The notes under the pieces: model-generated | Seen by the model: the letters and a program-made list of their open reading frames with translations, nothing else | The model's database searches: none | Told to the model about the DNA's origin: nothing | Assembly (NCBI GenBank): GCA_021824065.1 | Contig: JAKALU010000001.1 | Span: forward strand, 16,154 to 80,153 | Length of the DNA: 64,000 nt | Direction of reading: 5' to 3' | From: Nitrospirota bacterium | GTDB taxonomy: Bacteria > Nitrospirota > Thermodesulfovibrionia > Thermodesulfovibrionales > UBA1546 | Made by a program: the position numbers and the translations under genes | Part shown: piece after piece, positions 1 through 8,916 of the stretch | Numbering within the stretch: position 1 is the stretch's first letter | Layout of the letters: each line of letters starts with the position of its first letter

Positions 1-804
1 TCATGAACGCTTTTTATTCCAGCGATTATATACCCGACCTCTCCTGAAGCGAGCTCATCAGTCTGCTGCATCTTTGGCGTGAAGGTCCCGACCTGTGATA
101 CCTCAAAGACATTCCCTGCTGCCATTAGCTTTATTTTTTTGCCGGGCATTACCTTGCCGTCAAATACTCTCACAAGGACAATAACGCCCTGATAATTGTC
201 AAACCAGGAATCAAACAACAAAGCCTTTAATGGCTTTTCATCGCCCCCCTTTGGAGATGGAATCTTTTTAACGATAGCCTCAAGTATCTCTTTAGTGCCT
301 ATCCCTTCCTTAGCACTCGCAAGTATCGCCTCAGTGCAATCAATCCCAATAGCGTCCTCAATCTGGTCTTTTGTCTTTGCAGGGTCAGCAGCCGGAAGGT
401 CTATCTTGTTTATCACAGGTATTATCTCAAGGTTATGCTCAACAGCAAGATAGGCATTAGCGAGTGTCTGCGCCTCAACCCCCTGTGAAGCATCAACAAC
501 AAGGAGCGCACCCTCGCATGAGGCAAGGCTCCTTGAAACCTCGTATGAGAAATCAACATGTCCTGGCGTGTCTATGAGATTAAGAATATAGTCATTTCCG
601 TCATCAGATTTATAATTAAGTCTGACCGAATGGGCCTTAATCGTAATACCCCTTTCCCTTTCGAGATCCATAGAGTCCAGAACCTGTTCCATCATCTCCC
701 TTTCACTGAGCGCACCTGTGTACTCAAGAAGCCTGTCAGCCAATGTAGACTTCCCGTGATCTATGTGGGCGATAATTGAGAAATTACGTATATTTTTTGA
801 CATA
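1..804 (-). CDS. lepA: Elongation factor 4 (LepA), N-terminal 268 codons; 3' end lies outside the window
   Basis: Absent from the ORF track because no stop falls in the window. Reverse translation from ATG at 804..802 gives [26 protein letters not shown]...[18 protein letters not shown]...[12 protein letters not shown]. These are the translational GTPase G1-G4 motifs in a LepA-type sequence. Confidence 0.93.
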
Positions 805-896
805 ATTCATTCGAGGACTAATATCGAAGTCTTTTATTTTAACACAAAATACTGTTATGAATGAAGGGTAACAAAAATAGCCAGCAATTCAGGGGC

Positions 897-2234
897 TTAG
901 ATAATGACATCAATTATTATTGCCTTCTTATCAGGAGGAATCTCGCTTAGCTGAATCCCTGAAAGGAACATATCCTCTGCCTCTTTAATGCATGCCTCAT
1001 CATTATAGTGAAACATTGCGATAGGTTCATCGGGGTTTATATAATCGCCAACCTTTTTATTAATGACTACCCCTGCGGAATGGTCGATCCTGTCTCCGGG
1101 CCGCTGTCTGCCGGCACCTAAAAGCATAGACGCTATACCGACTTTTTCAGCATCCATGGTCTGTATATACCCCTTGTCAGGAACGCTTACCTGTTTTACC
1201 TTGCCTGCTGATGGAATCATATTAGGTTTAAAAGCGACCTCAGGGTCACCGTGCTGGGCATCAATAAACTCAACAAATTTTTTAAACGCATCTCCTTTCT
1301 CTATAAAATCCATCAGTTCGGACTTATACTTTATCAATACATGTTCAGACAGCTTGGACACTGTTGCTTCCTCTGTGACACAATCCGCTACATAAATCAT
1401 CCATGCACCAAGTGTGAGAACCACCTCTTTTAAGTCATCCGGCATTTTACCTCTTAAGGCAGAGATGCTCTCTTTAATCTCAAGGCCGTTGCCAACAGTC
1501 CTTCCGAGTGGCTGACTCATGTCTGTGAGAATTGCAACTGTTTTCAGCCCCTTTGAATTGCCTGTATTGACCATAGTCCTTGCAAGCTTCCTTGCATCCT
1601 GAACAGTTTTCATGAATGCGCCTGAGCCAACCTTCACATCAAGCACAAGGCCGCCGATGCCTTCTGCAAGCTTCTTTGACATAATGCTTGCTGCAATTAG
1701 AGGGATTGACTCCACCGTTGCAGTTACATCCCTCAGGCTATAGAGCTTTTTATCGGCGGGGGCAATTTCATCTGTAGGGCTGATTATTGAAAAACCAATG
1801 TCCTTAACATTCTCTTTGAATTCCTGTATTGACAGATCCGTCCTTAGACCAGGTATTGATTCGAGTTTGTCAATAGTTCCTCCGGTATGACCGAGCCCCC
1901 TGCCTGCAATCATTGGAACCTTCACATTCATAGCTGCAATTAAGGGGGCAAGGATTATGCTTGTCTTATCACCGACCCCGCCTGTTGAATGTTTGTCAAC
2001 CTTGGAAACCGTGATATCGGTGAGATCAGTCCTGCTTCCCGAAGAAAGCATTAGCTCGGTCAGGGTTATTGTCTCGTTATCTGTCATCCCATTTAAATAA
2101 ACCGCCATGAGAAAAGAGGACATCTGATAGTCAGGGATTTCATTGGAAAGGTATTTAGTTATAAGAAATGTGAGTTCTTCCCTTGAGAGCTCTATCCCGT
2201 CACGCTTCTTCCTTATAATGTCATATGCACGCAT
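897..2234 (-). CDS. pdp: Pyrimidine-nucleoside (thymidine) phosphorylase
   Basis: ORF 897..2255. Contains MRAYDIIRKKRDG..., KHSTGGVGDK and LGHTGGTIDKLESIPG motifs. The ATG at 2234 has an AGGTG 7 nt upstream and is preferred over the GTG at 2255, which lies inside the queC 3' end. Confidence 0.9.
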   Translation of the reverse strand: MRAYDIIRKKRDGIELSREELTFLITKYLSNEIPDYQMSSFLMAVYLNGMTDNETITLTELMLSSGSRTDLTDITVSKVDKHSTGGVGDKTSIILAPLIAAMNVKVPMIAGRGLGHTGGTIDKLESIPGLRTDLSIQEFKENVKDIGFSIISPTDEIAPADKKLYSLRDVTATVESIPLIAASIMSKKLAEGIGGLVLDVKVGSGAFMKTVQDARKLARTMVNTGNSKGLKTVAILTDMSQPLGRTVGNGLEIKESISALRGKMPDDLKEVVLTLGAWMIYVADCVTEEATVSKLSEHVLIKYKSELMDFIEKGDAFKKFVEFIDAQHGDPEVAFKPNMIPSAGKVKQVSVPDKGYIQTMDAEKVGIASMLLGAGRQRPGDRIDHSAGVVINKKVGDYINPDEPIAMFHYNDEACIKEAEDMFLSGIQLSEIPPDKKAIIIDVII

Positions 2235-2247
2235 TTGAGCACACCTA

Positions 2248-3036
2248 TTATACACTTATTAAGGGATCTTTTATTCCTGCCTCTCTGAACCCCTTCGCCC
2301 TGAAAAGACAGCTGTCACACCTGCCGCAGGGTTTGAAAAGAACTTTGACTTTCTGCGGATCATAGCAGCTCCATGTCAGCGAATAATCAAGCCTCAGCTC
2401 TGTGCCTTTTTTAACAATTTCTGCCTTTGTCATACTAATCAATGGTGCGCTAATCTTGAATTTCATCTCCCCTTCAACAGATGCCTTTGTTGCGAGATTG
2501 GCCATATCTTCAAATGCCTTTAGATATTCTGGCCTGCAGTCCGGATAACCGCTATAATCAACCGCATTTGCGCCGATAAAGATATCCCCTGCCTTCAGCA
2601 CCTCTGCCCATGCAAGGGCAAAAGACAGAAAGATTGTGTTTCGGGCAGGAACGTAGGTGATTGGGATTTGAGATTTGAGATTTGAGATTTGAGATTTCGG
2701 CACTTCCATCTTTGATGTCAATGCTGAGCCGCCAATCTCCCTTAAATCGAATTTTATTACAAGATGTTTTTTTACACTTAATGCCAAAGCAATCTTTGTG
2801 GCTGATTCAAGTTCTATTTTATGTCTCTGGTTATAATCAAAACTGAGTGCGTATAATTCATAGCCCCCTGACTTTGCAATGGCGAGAGTAGTTGAGGAGT
2901 CAATACCACCACTTAGAAGGACAATTGCACGCTTGATATTCTGACTTCTGGCTTCCCGCCTCGGCGGGTCGCCGTAGGAGACTGACTTCTGGCTTTTAAC
3001 TTTAATAGATATCGTCCTCTGTTCCTTCTTTCCCAT
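2248..3036 (-). CDS. queC: 7-cyano-7-deazaguanine synthase QueC with an unusual ~43-aa N-terminal extension
   Basis: Contains [10 protein letters not shown] (PP-loop), YVPARNTIF and the C-terminal CGRCDSC zinc site. The nearest in-frame canonical start upstream of the PP-loop is the ATG at 3036. The start is uncertain and the extension is encoded by a repeat element. Confidence 0.85.
   Translation of the reverse strand: MGKKEQRTISIKVKSQKSVSYGDPPRREARSQNIKRAIVLLSGGIDSSTTLAIAKSGGYELYALSFDYNQRHKIELESATKIALALSVKKHLVIKFDLREIGGSALTSKMEVPKSQISNLKSQIPITYVPARNTIFLSFALAWAEVLKAGDIFIGANAVDYSGYPDCRPEYLKAFEDMANLATKASVEGEMKFKISAPLISMTKAEIVKKGTELRLDYSLTWSCYDPQKVKVLFKPCGRCDSCLFRAKGFREAGIKDPLISV
2665..2697. 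repeat. Tandem heptamer GATTTGA x ~4.7 inside queC
   Basis: Read directly: gatttga gatttga gatttga gatttga gattt. Translated in-frame as SQISNLKSQ in the loop before the PITYVPARN motif. Confidence 0.95.
2941..2995. repeat. Composite repeat: 14-nt direct repeats CTGACTTCTGGCTT flanking a CCCGCC-TC-GGCGGG hairpin
   Basis: Direct repeats at 2941..2954 and 2982..2995, hairpin at 2955..2968. The coding strand reads CCAGAAGTCAG, the same word as the priA tandem array. Confidence 0.9.
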
Positions 3037-4075
3037 CAGGGCCTGTGCTGAAGAGGATGAAATTATTACCTTCTGCTTTATAAATATAAGGTCTTCCCCA
3101 CCTGTCATTAACTTTTGTTATCTGTTCAATTGATGGCGGATATGTGCCATTCTCATACTTGTATGCCTCAATTCTGAATCTGATACCATCTATATCTTCA
3201 GATGCCTTCATACTGTCAATGTTATTACCCCCCTGAAGCACCAATGGGATTAAAGTGATAAAAATACCGATTAAAAATGCGATTGAAAATACAACCGGTG
3301 TAATAAATTTAGCAAGTGCTATCCTCTTTTTTGCTGGTGCCATTACTTCGGGTAAGGCAATCACAGGAGTTACGGGGATAGCCTCTTTTGGCTCTATCGC
3401 ACCTTTTCCCAGGAGTGATACAAGGGCTTTTGACGCCTGAAAACTATCCATCTGACTGGCGTCAACTATAGCGCTGACATCGTTTTCGCCATCCACAAAT
3501 CCGAGTATCTCTTCTTCATCCGGTGTAAGTTCAACACCGGATTTTGCCGTCCTCCCGAATACGGTATCGAGGGTTAGCTTGCCTTCTATAAGTGACCCCT
3601 CATCAATTATGCGGAGACCTTCCATCAGGAGATGCTGCGTATCAAGTGCTATCGGGATCTCTTTATCAACAGGAACTCCCTGTGGTGAAAACTCGTAAAT
3701 CCCTTCCTTCCAGCCAAAAATCTGAACAACAGTCTCTGTTATCTGGGATGTGATAATCTCCTGTAGCTGCTCTTTTTTTACAAGGTCAGTCTTTATAAGG
3801 ATATTGCCTATTTTCGCACCTGTTGACTTCTGCTCTTCGAGTGCCTTCTGAAGGTCTTCATCTTTAATAACTCCTTTTTTTACAAGAACTTTCCCAAGTC
3901 GATTTGCTTCAACCCTCCTTTTTGATTCTGCTGATACGATATTACCTTCGTAAAACATGAGACGGACTTTGTCCAACCTGCCTTCGAGAGTAAGGATGCC
4001 TGTCTTGCGCTGAAAATATATCAGCTGCAATATGTCGGCTAATCCAAACTCTTTTAAAGAGCCCTCTAAAGCCAT
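3002..4075 (-). CDS. DUF4388-domain membrane protein with a C-terminal GspG/pseudopilin-like globular domain
   Basis: The N-terminus [26 protein letters not shown] is typical of DUF4388. It has one TM helix ([24 protein letters not shown]). The C-terminus [10 protein letters not shown]...DRWGRPYIY...[15 protein letters not shown] resembles the T2SS major pseudopilin C-terminal domain. Confidence 0.6.
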   Translation of the reverse strand: MALEGSLKEFGLADILQLIYFQRKTGILTLEGRLDKVRLMFYEGNIVSAESKRRVEANRLGKVLVKKGVIKDEDLQKALEEQKSTGAKIGNILIKTDLVKKEQLQEIITSQITETVVQIFGWKEGIYEFSPQGVPVDKEIPIALDTQHLLMEGLRIIDEGSLIEGKLTLDTVFGRTAKSGVELTPDEEEILGFVDGENDVSAIVDASQMDSFQASKALVSLLGKGAIEPKEAIPVTPVIALPEVMAPAKKRIALAKFITPVVFSIAFLIGIFITLIPLVLQGGNNIDSMKASEDIDGIRFRIEAYKYENGTYPPSIEQITKVNDRWGRPYIYKAEGNNFILFSTGPDGKEGTEDDIY

Positions 4076-5769
4076 CCTCTGCTAAGCCTCCTCCTTACAG
4101 ACATATTAGAAATAAGGTATAAAACAGCCATCAATATCAGTGCCGGGATATTTATCCACCTGTGGGGGAAAAATGAAAGGCCAGTGGGGAAAAATGGGTT
4201 CAGCAACAGCAAAATCAGCGAGAATAAAAATAACCACAGGAATAGACTGCCTATCAGGATCCTCCCTGAATAGATATGGGCTATTCCTGGAGGGGCAAAT
4301 GAAAGAACCTTCGCAGTATTTCTTTTCTTTGCCTGAAGTTCCTGAACCTCAAGTAACTTAGCAACCCTCTCTCTTGGATCGAGTTTATCGAGTTTGACCA
4401 GAGACTTATAACATTGCGCACACATCTGTCCCCAGAACAATTCTTTCTCACATTTACCGCAGAGTATTGTATTGCACCTTTTGCACCTATATGCCCTGTA
4501 TTTCAGGCGGGTGTCAACTATATAGAATAGCAGGATTAAGATTATCGCGATTGTAACTGTAATAGCTGAATCCAATGGAGTGATCTTTATTAATTCCCGC
4601 GTCCTGTTGTTTGCGTACTTCCACAGAGCATAGATGGGAAGGGTCTCATCAATAACAAAACGATTTGGATTTCTGCTTACAGTAGAGGTAAATACGGATA
4701 CCGATTCTCTGCTGAGTCTCGTTGCTTCAAGGAAATACTCCTCGCCTTTTGCAAAATCAAGTGTTTCTCGCGATACCTGACTCAGATTATAATACGCCGA
4801 GACAAGCGGCTTTAGTTCTATGGATTTTTTGTAGAAATTTTTTGCATTAGCCATATCACTAATACTGAAATAACAATTCCCGAGATTTACGTAAACCAGT
4901 GGTTCATATGAAACCCGCGTAGGCGAAGAAAATGATGATAAAAGATATTTATAGGCTGCTATTGCCTCTTCATAATGGCCTTCCCTTTTAAGTGCAAGGG
5001 CATATGAAAACAAAGGGGCAAAATCATTCCTGCCTTTCAAGGCAGAAAGTGCATATTTGTTGTCCCTGTTTTCATTTACAGCCACGATAGCTCTGAGTTC
5101 AGGTGAAGGTGCGGAGAGGAAAAAATTTGTTATGCGCAAAAAAAGGGGTGAAATAAGAAGGGTTACGATAGATGCATAAACAATAGTTTTATCTATCTTT
5201 CTGAAATATAGCCCGATGAGAAATAGCGCACCTGCTATAAAAAATAAAGGCCCGAGGAAAGAAAGCGGAATAAGGGCCAAAACTATTAAGGCCTTCTTTT
5301 TATCTTCTGTTATGTCATGAGATAAAAGCGGTACCTCTATAAAAAATCTTATACAGATGACCGCTATTAGAACAATGATAAACGAAGATATGAGGCTTAT
5401 AAATAACAGACCACTAATACTCATCAACCACCAGAAGTTCCTTTTATAAGCTTTGAACCCCTGTATCATATAATCAAGGGTTTCAAATATTCCCTCCGGC
5501 GATAGTGAAAAACTTATCCTTGCCATTTCAAAGTACGCAGCCGGAAGGTCTGGTGAATATTTTATTGCCTCTATTAAAATACCCTTTGCATTTGCGGGAT
5601 CAGTCTGAGCTTTTTTTATCAAATCATAAGAATACGGCTCGGTATTCTTCAGGCCGTTATCAAGCCTGGATCCATAAATATCCTCCGCAAAAGAGAACAA
5701 CGGGAAGGATGCCATTGCAAACACCGCAAAAACTAAGCCCCCCAGATATATGGATTTCAGCTTCATCAA
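4066..5769 (-). CDS. Multi-pass membrane protein with TPR-like repeats and an internal Cys4 zinc-ribbon
   Basis: Signal-like N-terminus, several hydrophobic helices and TPR-like segments (GHYEEAIAAYKYLL, NLGNCYFSISDMANAKNFYKKSIEL). Zinc-ribbon motif CKRCNTILCGKCEKELFWGQMCAQC. Overlaps its neighbours at both ends, consistent with an operon. Confidence 0.5.
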   Translation of the reverse strand: MMKLKSIYLGGLVFAVFAMASFPLFSFAEDIYGSRLDNGLKNTEPYSYDLIKKAQTDPANAKGILIEAIKYSPDLPAAYFEMARISFSLSPEGIFETLDYMIQGFKAYKRNFWWLMSISGLLFISLISSFIIVLIAVICIRFFIEVPLLSHDITEDKKKALIVLALIPLSFLGPLFFIAGALFLIGLYFRKIDKTIVYASIVTLLISPLFLRITNFFLSAPSPELRAIVAVNENRDNKYALSALKGRNDFAPLFSYALALKREGHYEEAIAAYKYLLSSFSSPTRVSYEPLVYVNLGNCYFSISDMANAKNFYKKSIELKPLVSAYYNLSQVSRETLDFAKGEEYFLEATRLSRESVSVFTSTVSRNPNRFVIDETLPIYALWKYANNRTRELIKITPLDSAITVTIAIILILLFYIVDTRLKYRAYRCKRCNTILCGKCEKELFWGQMCAQCYKSLVKLDKLDPRERVAKLLEVQELQAKKRNTAKVLSFAPPGIAHIYSGRILIGSLFLWLFLFSLILLLLNPFFPTGLSFFPHRWINIPALILMAVLYLISNMSVRRRLSRGWL

Positions 5770-6362
5770 GACTGCTCTCCGATCTTTCTCTCCGTTCCTT
5801 TTATGAGTCTCTCTATATTCCCGATATGCCTTAATAAAATTAAAAGTGTAATCACAGCTGAGATGATTATTTTTATCTTTTTCACCTCCGGCGTCTCAAA
5901 TATAAATACATTTAGTGGCAAAAGCGCAAATGACACAATTGCCCCCAAAGAAGAATATCTTGTCACAAGCACCACCACCAGCCATATTATAAGTGTAAGT
6001 ATAGCAATTTGTGGAGAATAAATTAACAGGACACCAAGGCTTGTTGCAACACCTTTTCCCCCTTTAAACCTAAGAAATATGGAAAAGTTATGCCCGAATA
6101 TAGCTGAAAGCCCCATTAACCCTTCATATACAGGTTCTACCGACAGGTACATCCCAATTGCTACAGCAACAGTGCCCTTTAACATATCTCCTAAGAGTGT
6201 TATGGCAGCGGAGCCTTTACCGAGAGCCCTCAGGACATTTGTTGCTCCTATATTCCCGCTTCCGATCCTCTTCAGGTCAACCCCCCTGACCTTTGCGACT
6301 ATTACACCAAATGGGATTGAGCCCAGTATAAAGGCAAAGATTATAAGCAGTATTATTCTCAT
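5766..6362 (-). CDS. plsY: Glycerol-3-phosphate acyltransferase PlsY
   Basis: GSIPFGVIVAK...GSGNIGATNVLRALGK and FKGGKGVATSLG motifs; 198 aa polytopic protein. Confidence 0.9.
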   Translation of the reverse strand: MRIILLIIFAFILGSIPFGVIVAKVRGVDLKRIGSGNIGATNVLRALGKGSAAITLLGDMLKGTVAVAIGMYLSVEPVYEGLMGLSAIFGHNFSIFLRFKGGKGVATSLGVLLIYSPQIAILTLIIWLVVVLVTRYSSLGAIVSFALLPLNVFIFETPEVKKIKIIISAVITLLILLRHIGNIERLIKGTERKIGEQS

Positions 6363-6895
6363 CGCATTTTTCTCCAGAAAGAAACCGTATACTGCACGCC
6401 TGAAATCACGGACAGGACAAGGGCTGTCCAGATAAATATTATGCCGATATCATACAGGTCTATATCAAAAATACTGATGTCAAGTATAAGGCAGAGGATT
6501 GCTATTATCTGCGTTGTTGTCTTAAGTTTTCCACCCATTTCAGCAGGGATAACGATATCTTTTGAAAGTGCAACAACCCTCAGGCCCGTTACAAAAAACT
6601 CCCTGACAATAATAACTATTGCTATCCATGCAGAAAGCCTTGCCATATCCACCAGAACTACGAGGGCTGATATGACAAGAAATTTATCCGCCAGGGGGTC
6701 AAGTATAATACCGAATTTTGTTATCTGGCCTGAACGTCTTGCAAAGTAGCCATCAAGAAAATCTGTAATAGATGCGATACCGAAAACCGCAACTCCCAAA
6801 AATGGATGCTGGTAAACAACGATAACAAATACAGGGATAAGAACAATCCTGCTTAAAGTAAGGGCTGTGGGAAGATTAAATCTCAAGGTACTCAT
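6359..6895 (-). CDS. pgsA: CDP-diacylglycerol--glycerol-3-phosphate 3-phosphatidyltransferase
   Basis: CDP-alcohol phosphatidyltransferase motif DFLDGYFARRSGQITKFGIILDPLADK; 178 aa membrane protein. Confidence 0.88.
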   Translation of the reverse strand: MSTLRFNLPTALTLSRIVLIPVFVIVVYQHPFLGVAVFGIASITDFLDGYFARRSGQITKFGIILDPLADKFLVISALVVLVDMARLSAWIAIVIIVREFFVTGLRVVALSKDIVIPAEMGGKLKTTTQIIAILCLILDISIFDIDLYDIGIIFIWTALVLSVISGVQYTVSFWRKMR

Positions 6896-7415
6896 TTATA
6901 ATGCCATCCCACAACCCTTTAGCCTTTAAAATTAGATCCGTAACCTCTCTTGCTGCGCATCTTCCGCCTCTATTTTTGGTTACTGCTGTTGCATGCGACT
7001 TAACCTCGTCAGACGAATCAGCAACAGCAAAAGAAAGCCCAACCCTTCTCATCAGAGGTAAATCTACAATATCATCACCCACATATGCTACCTCGACATC
7101 TTTGAGCGAAAACTTCTTTTTGATCCGTTCATATGCATCTGTTTTGTCATAGCATTTCTGATATACCTCGGTGATGCCGAGTTCCTGTGCCCTTCTTTCC
7201 ACAACCTTTGACTGCCTTCCTGAGATAATTGCAACCTGAATCCCCGCCCTGATGAGCATCTTTATCCCATGCCCGTCACGCACGTGAAACGCCTTGAATT
7301 CATTACCTTCATTGTCGAGGATAATGTTCCCGTCTGTGAGGACACCGTCAACATCAAGGATGAGAAGCTTAATATTTTTAGCGAGTTTTTCAAGTTGTTT
7401 TTTAGTCTTTTTCAT
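6876..7415 (-). CDS. kdsC: 3-deoxy-D-manno-octulosonate-8-phosphate phosphatase (HAD, KdsC family)
   Basis: LLILDVDGVLTDG..., HVRDGHGIKML, ISGRQS and YVGDDIVDLP motifs. The rest of the kds genes are nearby. Confidence 0.88.
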   Translation of the reverse strand: MKKTKKQLEKLAKNIKLLILDVDGVLTDGNIILDNEGNEFKAFHVRDGHGIKMLIRAGIQVAIISGRQSKVVERRAQELGITEVYQKCYDKTDAYERIKKKFSLKDVEVAYVGDDIVDLPLMRRVGLSFAVADSSDEVKSHATAVTKNRGGRCAAREVTDLILKAKGLWDGIINEYLEI

Positions 7416-7541
7416 AATGCCTCTTTACTTAGATTCTAATTCGCTACACGGTGTGTAGCTTTTTAAAATTTCCCAGACGGCGTCTGCCCCTTTTCACTTT
7501 CAGTGATTTCCGAGACAATGTTTCGGAAATCGCATCCAATT

Positions 7542-8315
7542 TTATTTTCCTTCTAAAATCTCAAAAAGGTATTTGCCAATTCTGTCTTTATTGGTAGCTA
7601 AGGTTGAAAACTGTTTATCACAAACATCACTAAAGCGAGCTAATACCTTTCGGTTTATAGATTCCTGATCTTCAAAGACAGCCATTGTTTTGAATGGGGT
7701 CCCAAATTTTTCATATTGAAGGCATGAAATTGTAACGTCTCTGCATTTATCATCATTCTGAATCCCAAAAACAAATAGAGGCCGTGCAATACCGTTTATT
7801 CTACAATCAATCATATACTTTCCATCGGGGTCATGTTGCTTATCAAAATAATTAAACATACGTCTTTCTGCTGGAACTTTTTCTTCTAAAAAAGCCCTGA
7901 AATCTTCCATGAAAGTTGACCTTACACGCTCTCTGGAGAGATAACTAATATCTGTTATTTTTATTAATCCTTGAAGGTAACTATATAATGCATCTCCAAA
8001 ATGATTGTCCGGTACCTCAGAGATCAACTCCCCTTCCTGGTTTTTTATCCCGTAACTTGCAAACACATTATCAATAATCTTTTTTCTTGTACCCTTATCA
8101 ATATCGATATCATCATAGCTTACATGCATAAATGTATGGCCTTCATCGGTGAAAAGCCATTTCCCTTCCTTGCCCTTTAGTAAAACTACGATATGGTCTC
8201 CGTCATCAAACATGAAAGGATTAAAGACAATAAATCTGCTTAAGCCTTCCTGTGTCAAGGCTATCTCATCACAGACCTTACTCTTAAATTCTTTTTCTAT
8301 AAGCTCTAAATTCAT
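7542..8315 (-). CDS. Hypothetical protein, tentatively DUF1828/DUF1829-like
   Basis: 257 aa. The family call is from memory of that family's sequence pattern (NPFMFDDGDHIVVLL...FTDEGHTFMHV...) and is not verified. Its start ATG overlaps the upstream gene's stop (ATGA at 8312..8315). Confidence 0.45.
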   Translation of the reverse strand: MNLELIEKEFKSKVCDEIALTQEGLSRFIVFNPFMFDDGDHIVVLLKGKEGKWLFTDEGHTFMHVSYDDIDIDKGTRKKIIDNVFASYGIKNQEGELISEVPDNHFGDALYSYLQGLIKITDISYLSRERVRSTFMEDFRAFLEEKVPAERRMFNYFDKQHDPDGKYMIDCRINGIARPLFVFGIQNDDKCRDVTISCLQYEKFGTPFKTMAVFEDQESINRKVLARFSDVCDKQFSTLATNKDRIGKYLFEILEGK

Positions 8316-8831
8316 GAGATACCACCTCCTTCAAAGAGAGATGTCTGCTTATCATCCTCACGCTTCACATTACATTCTAACAAGAATTGCTCAACTGCTG
8401 CATGAAAGTCTGAGTATTTTGTTGTAACTTCGGCATAACCATCGATTTTGTAGCCGCTTTCCTGATATCTCTGTGTTGCCTTATGAAATATGGAACGCCG
8501 GGGCAAAGGTGTAGTCAGATAATCCATTTTCTTTTTCCCATTTATTAGTATGCTTTGATGGATGCTTCCCGTTATATCTGAGCAAAATATACTCCAGAGT
8601 GGAATCCTTCTCTTTTACTGTGAGGATAATTGAAAAATCCAAGATGTTGAGCTTATTTTGCCTGAGGATTATTCTAAATAAATTGCCACTGCTCCCCTCG
8701 ATTTCAACTTCCCTCTCTTTGTGCTGATAGTGGGTTTTGTCTTTTGTCTCTAATCGTGAAAACCAATTGGTAGGCACAATCTTCGGCTCTGAGATTAAAG
8801 CAGCTATTTCTTCATCTGTAAGGATACGCAC
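8312..8831 (-). pseudogene. Small His-rich hypothetical gene split by a 1-nt frameshift (ORFs 8481..8831 and 8312..8527)
   Basis: ORF1 ends ...FAPAFHIS*. ORF2 continues in the next frame as ...IFHKATQRYQESGY. Removing one T from the coding-strand ATTTCAT at 8484..8492 gives a continuous ~172-aa product (...FHIHKATQRYQ...). Confidence 0.6.
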
Positions 8832-8916
8832 CTATCTTGTCCCTTCCATATTCACAATATCTTAAGCACCTGCTGCACCTTTTTCAATCATTTCCTCAAC
8901 TTTCCGTTTTTCATAA

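Noticed and set aside
2665-2697. Tandem-word arrays here and at 16830, 17777, 51031 and 61913, considered as miniature CRISPR arrays
   Set aside because: The units are 7-8 nt and directly abutting, with no spacers. They lie inside intact coding frames, and there are no cas genes in the window.
7455-7535. Hairpins (GCTACAC-ggt-GTGTAGC followed by TTTTT, and GATTTCCGA-N9-TCGGAAATC) considered as terminators of the island genes
   Set aside because: The T-run follows the first stem on the plus strand, whereas the adjacent genes are on the minus strand. Orientation does not fit a simple terminator call, so they are mentioned only as island-boundary structures.
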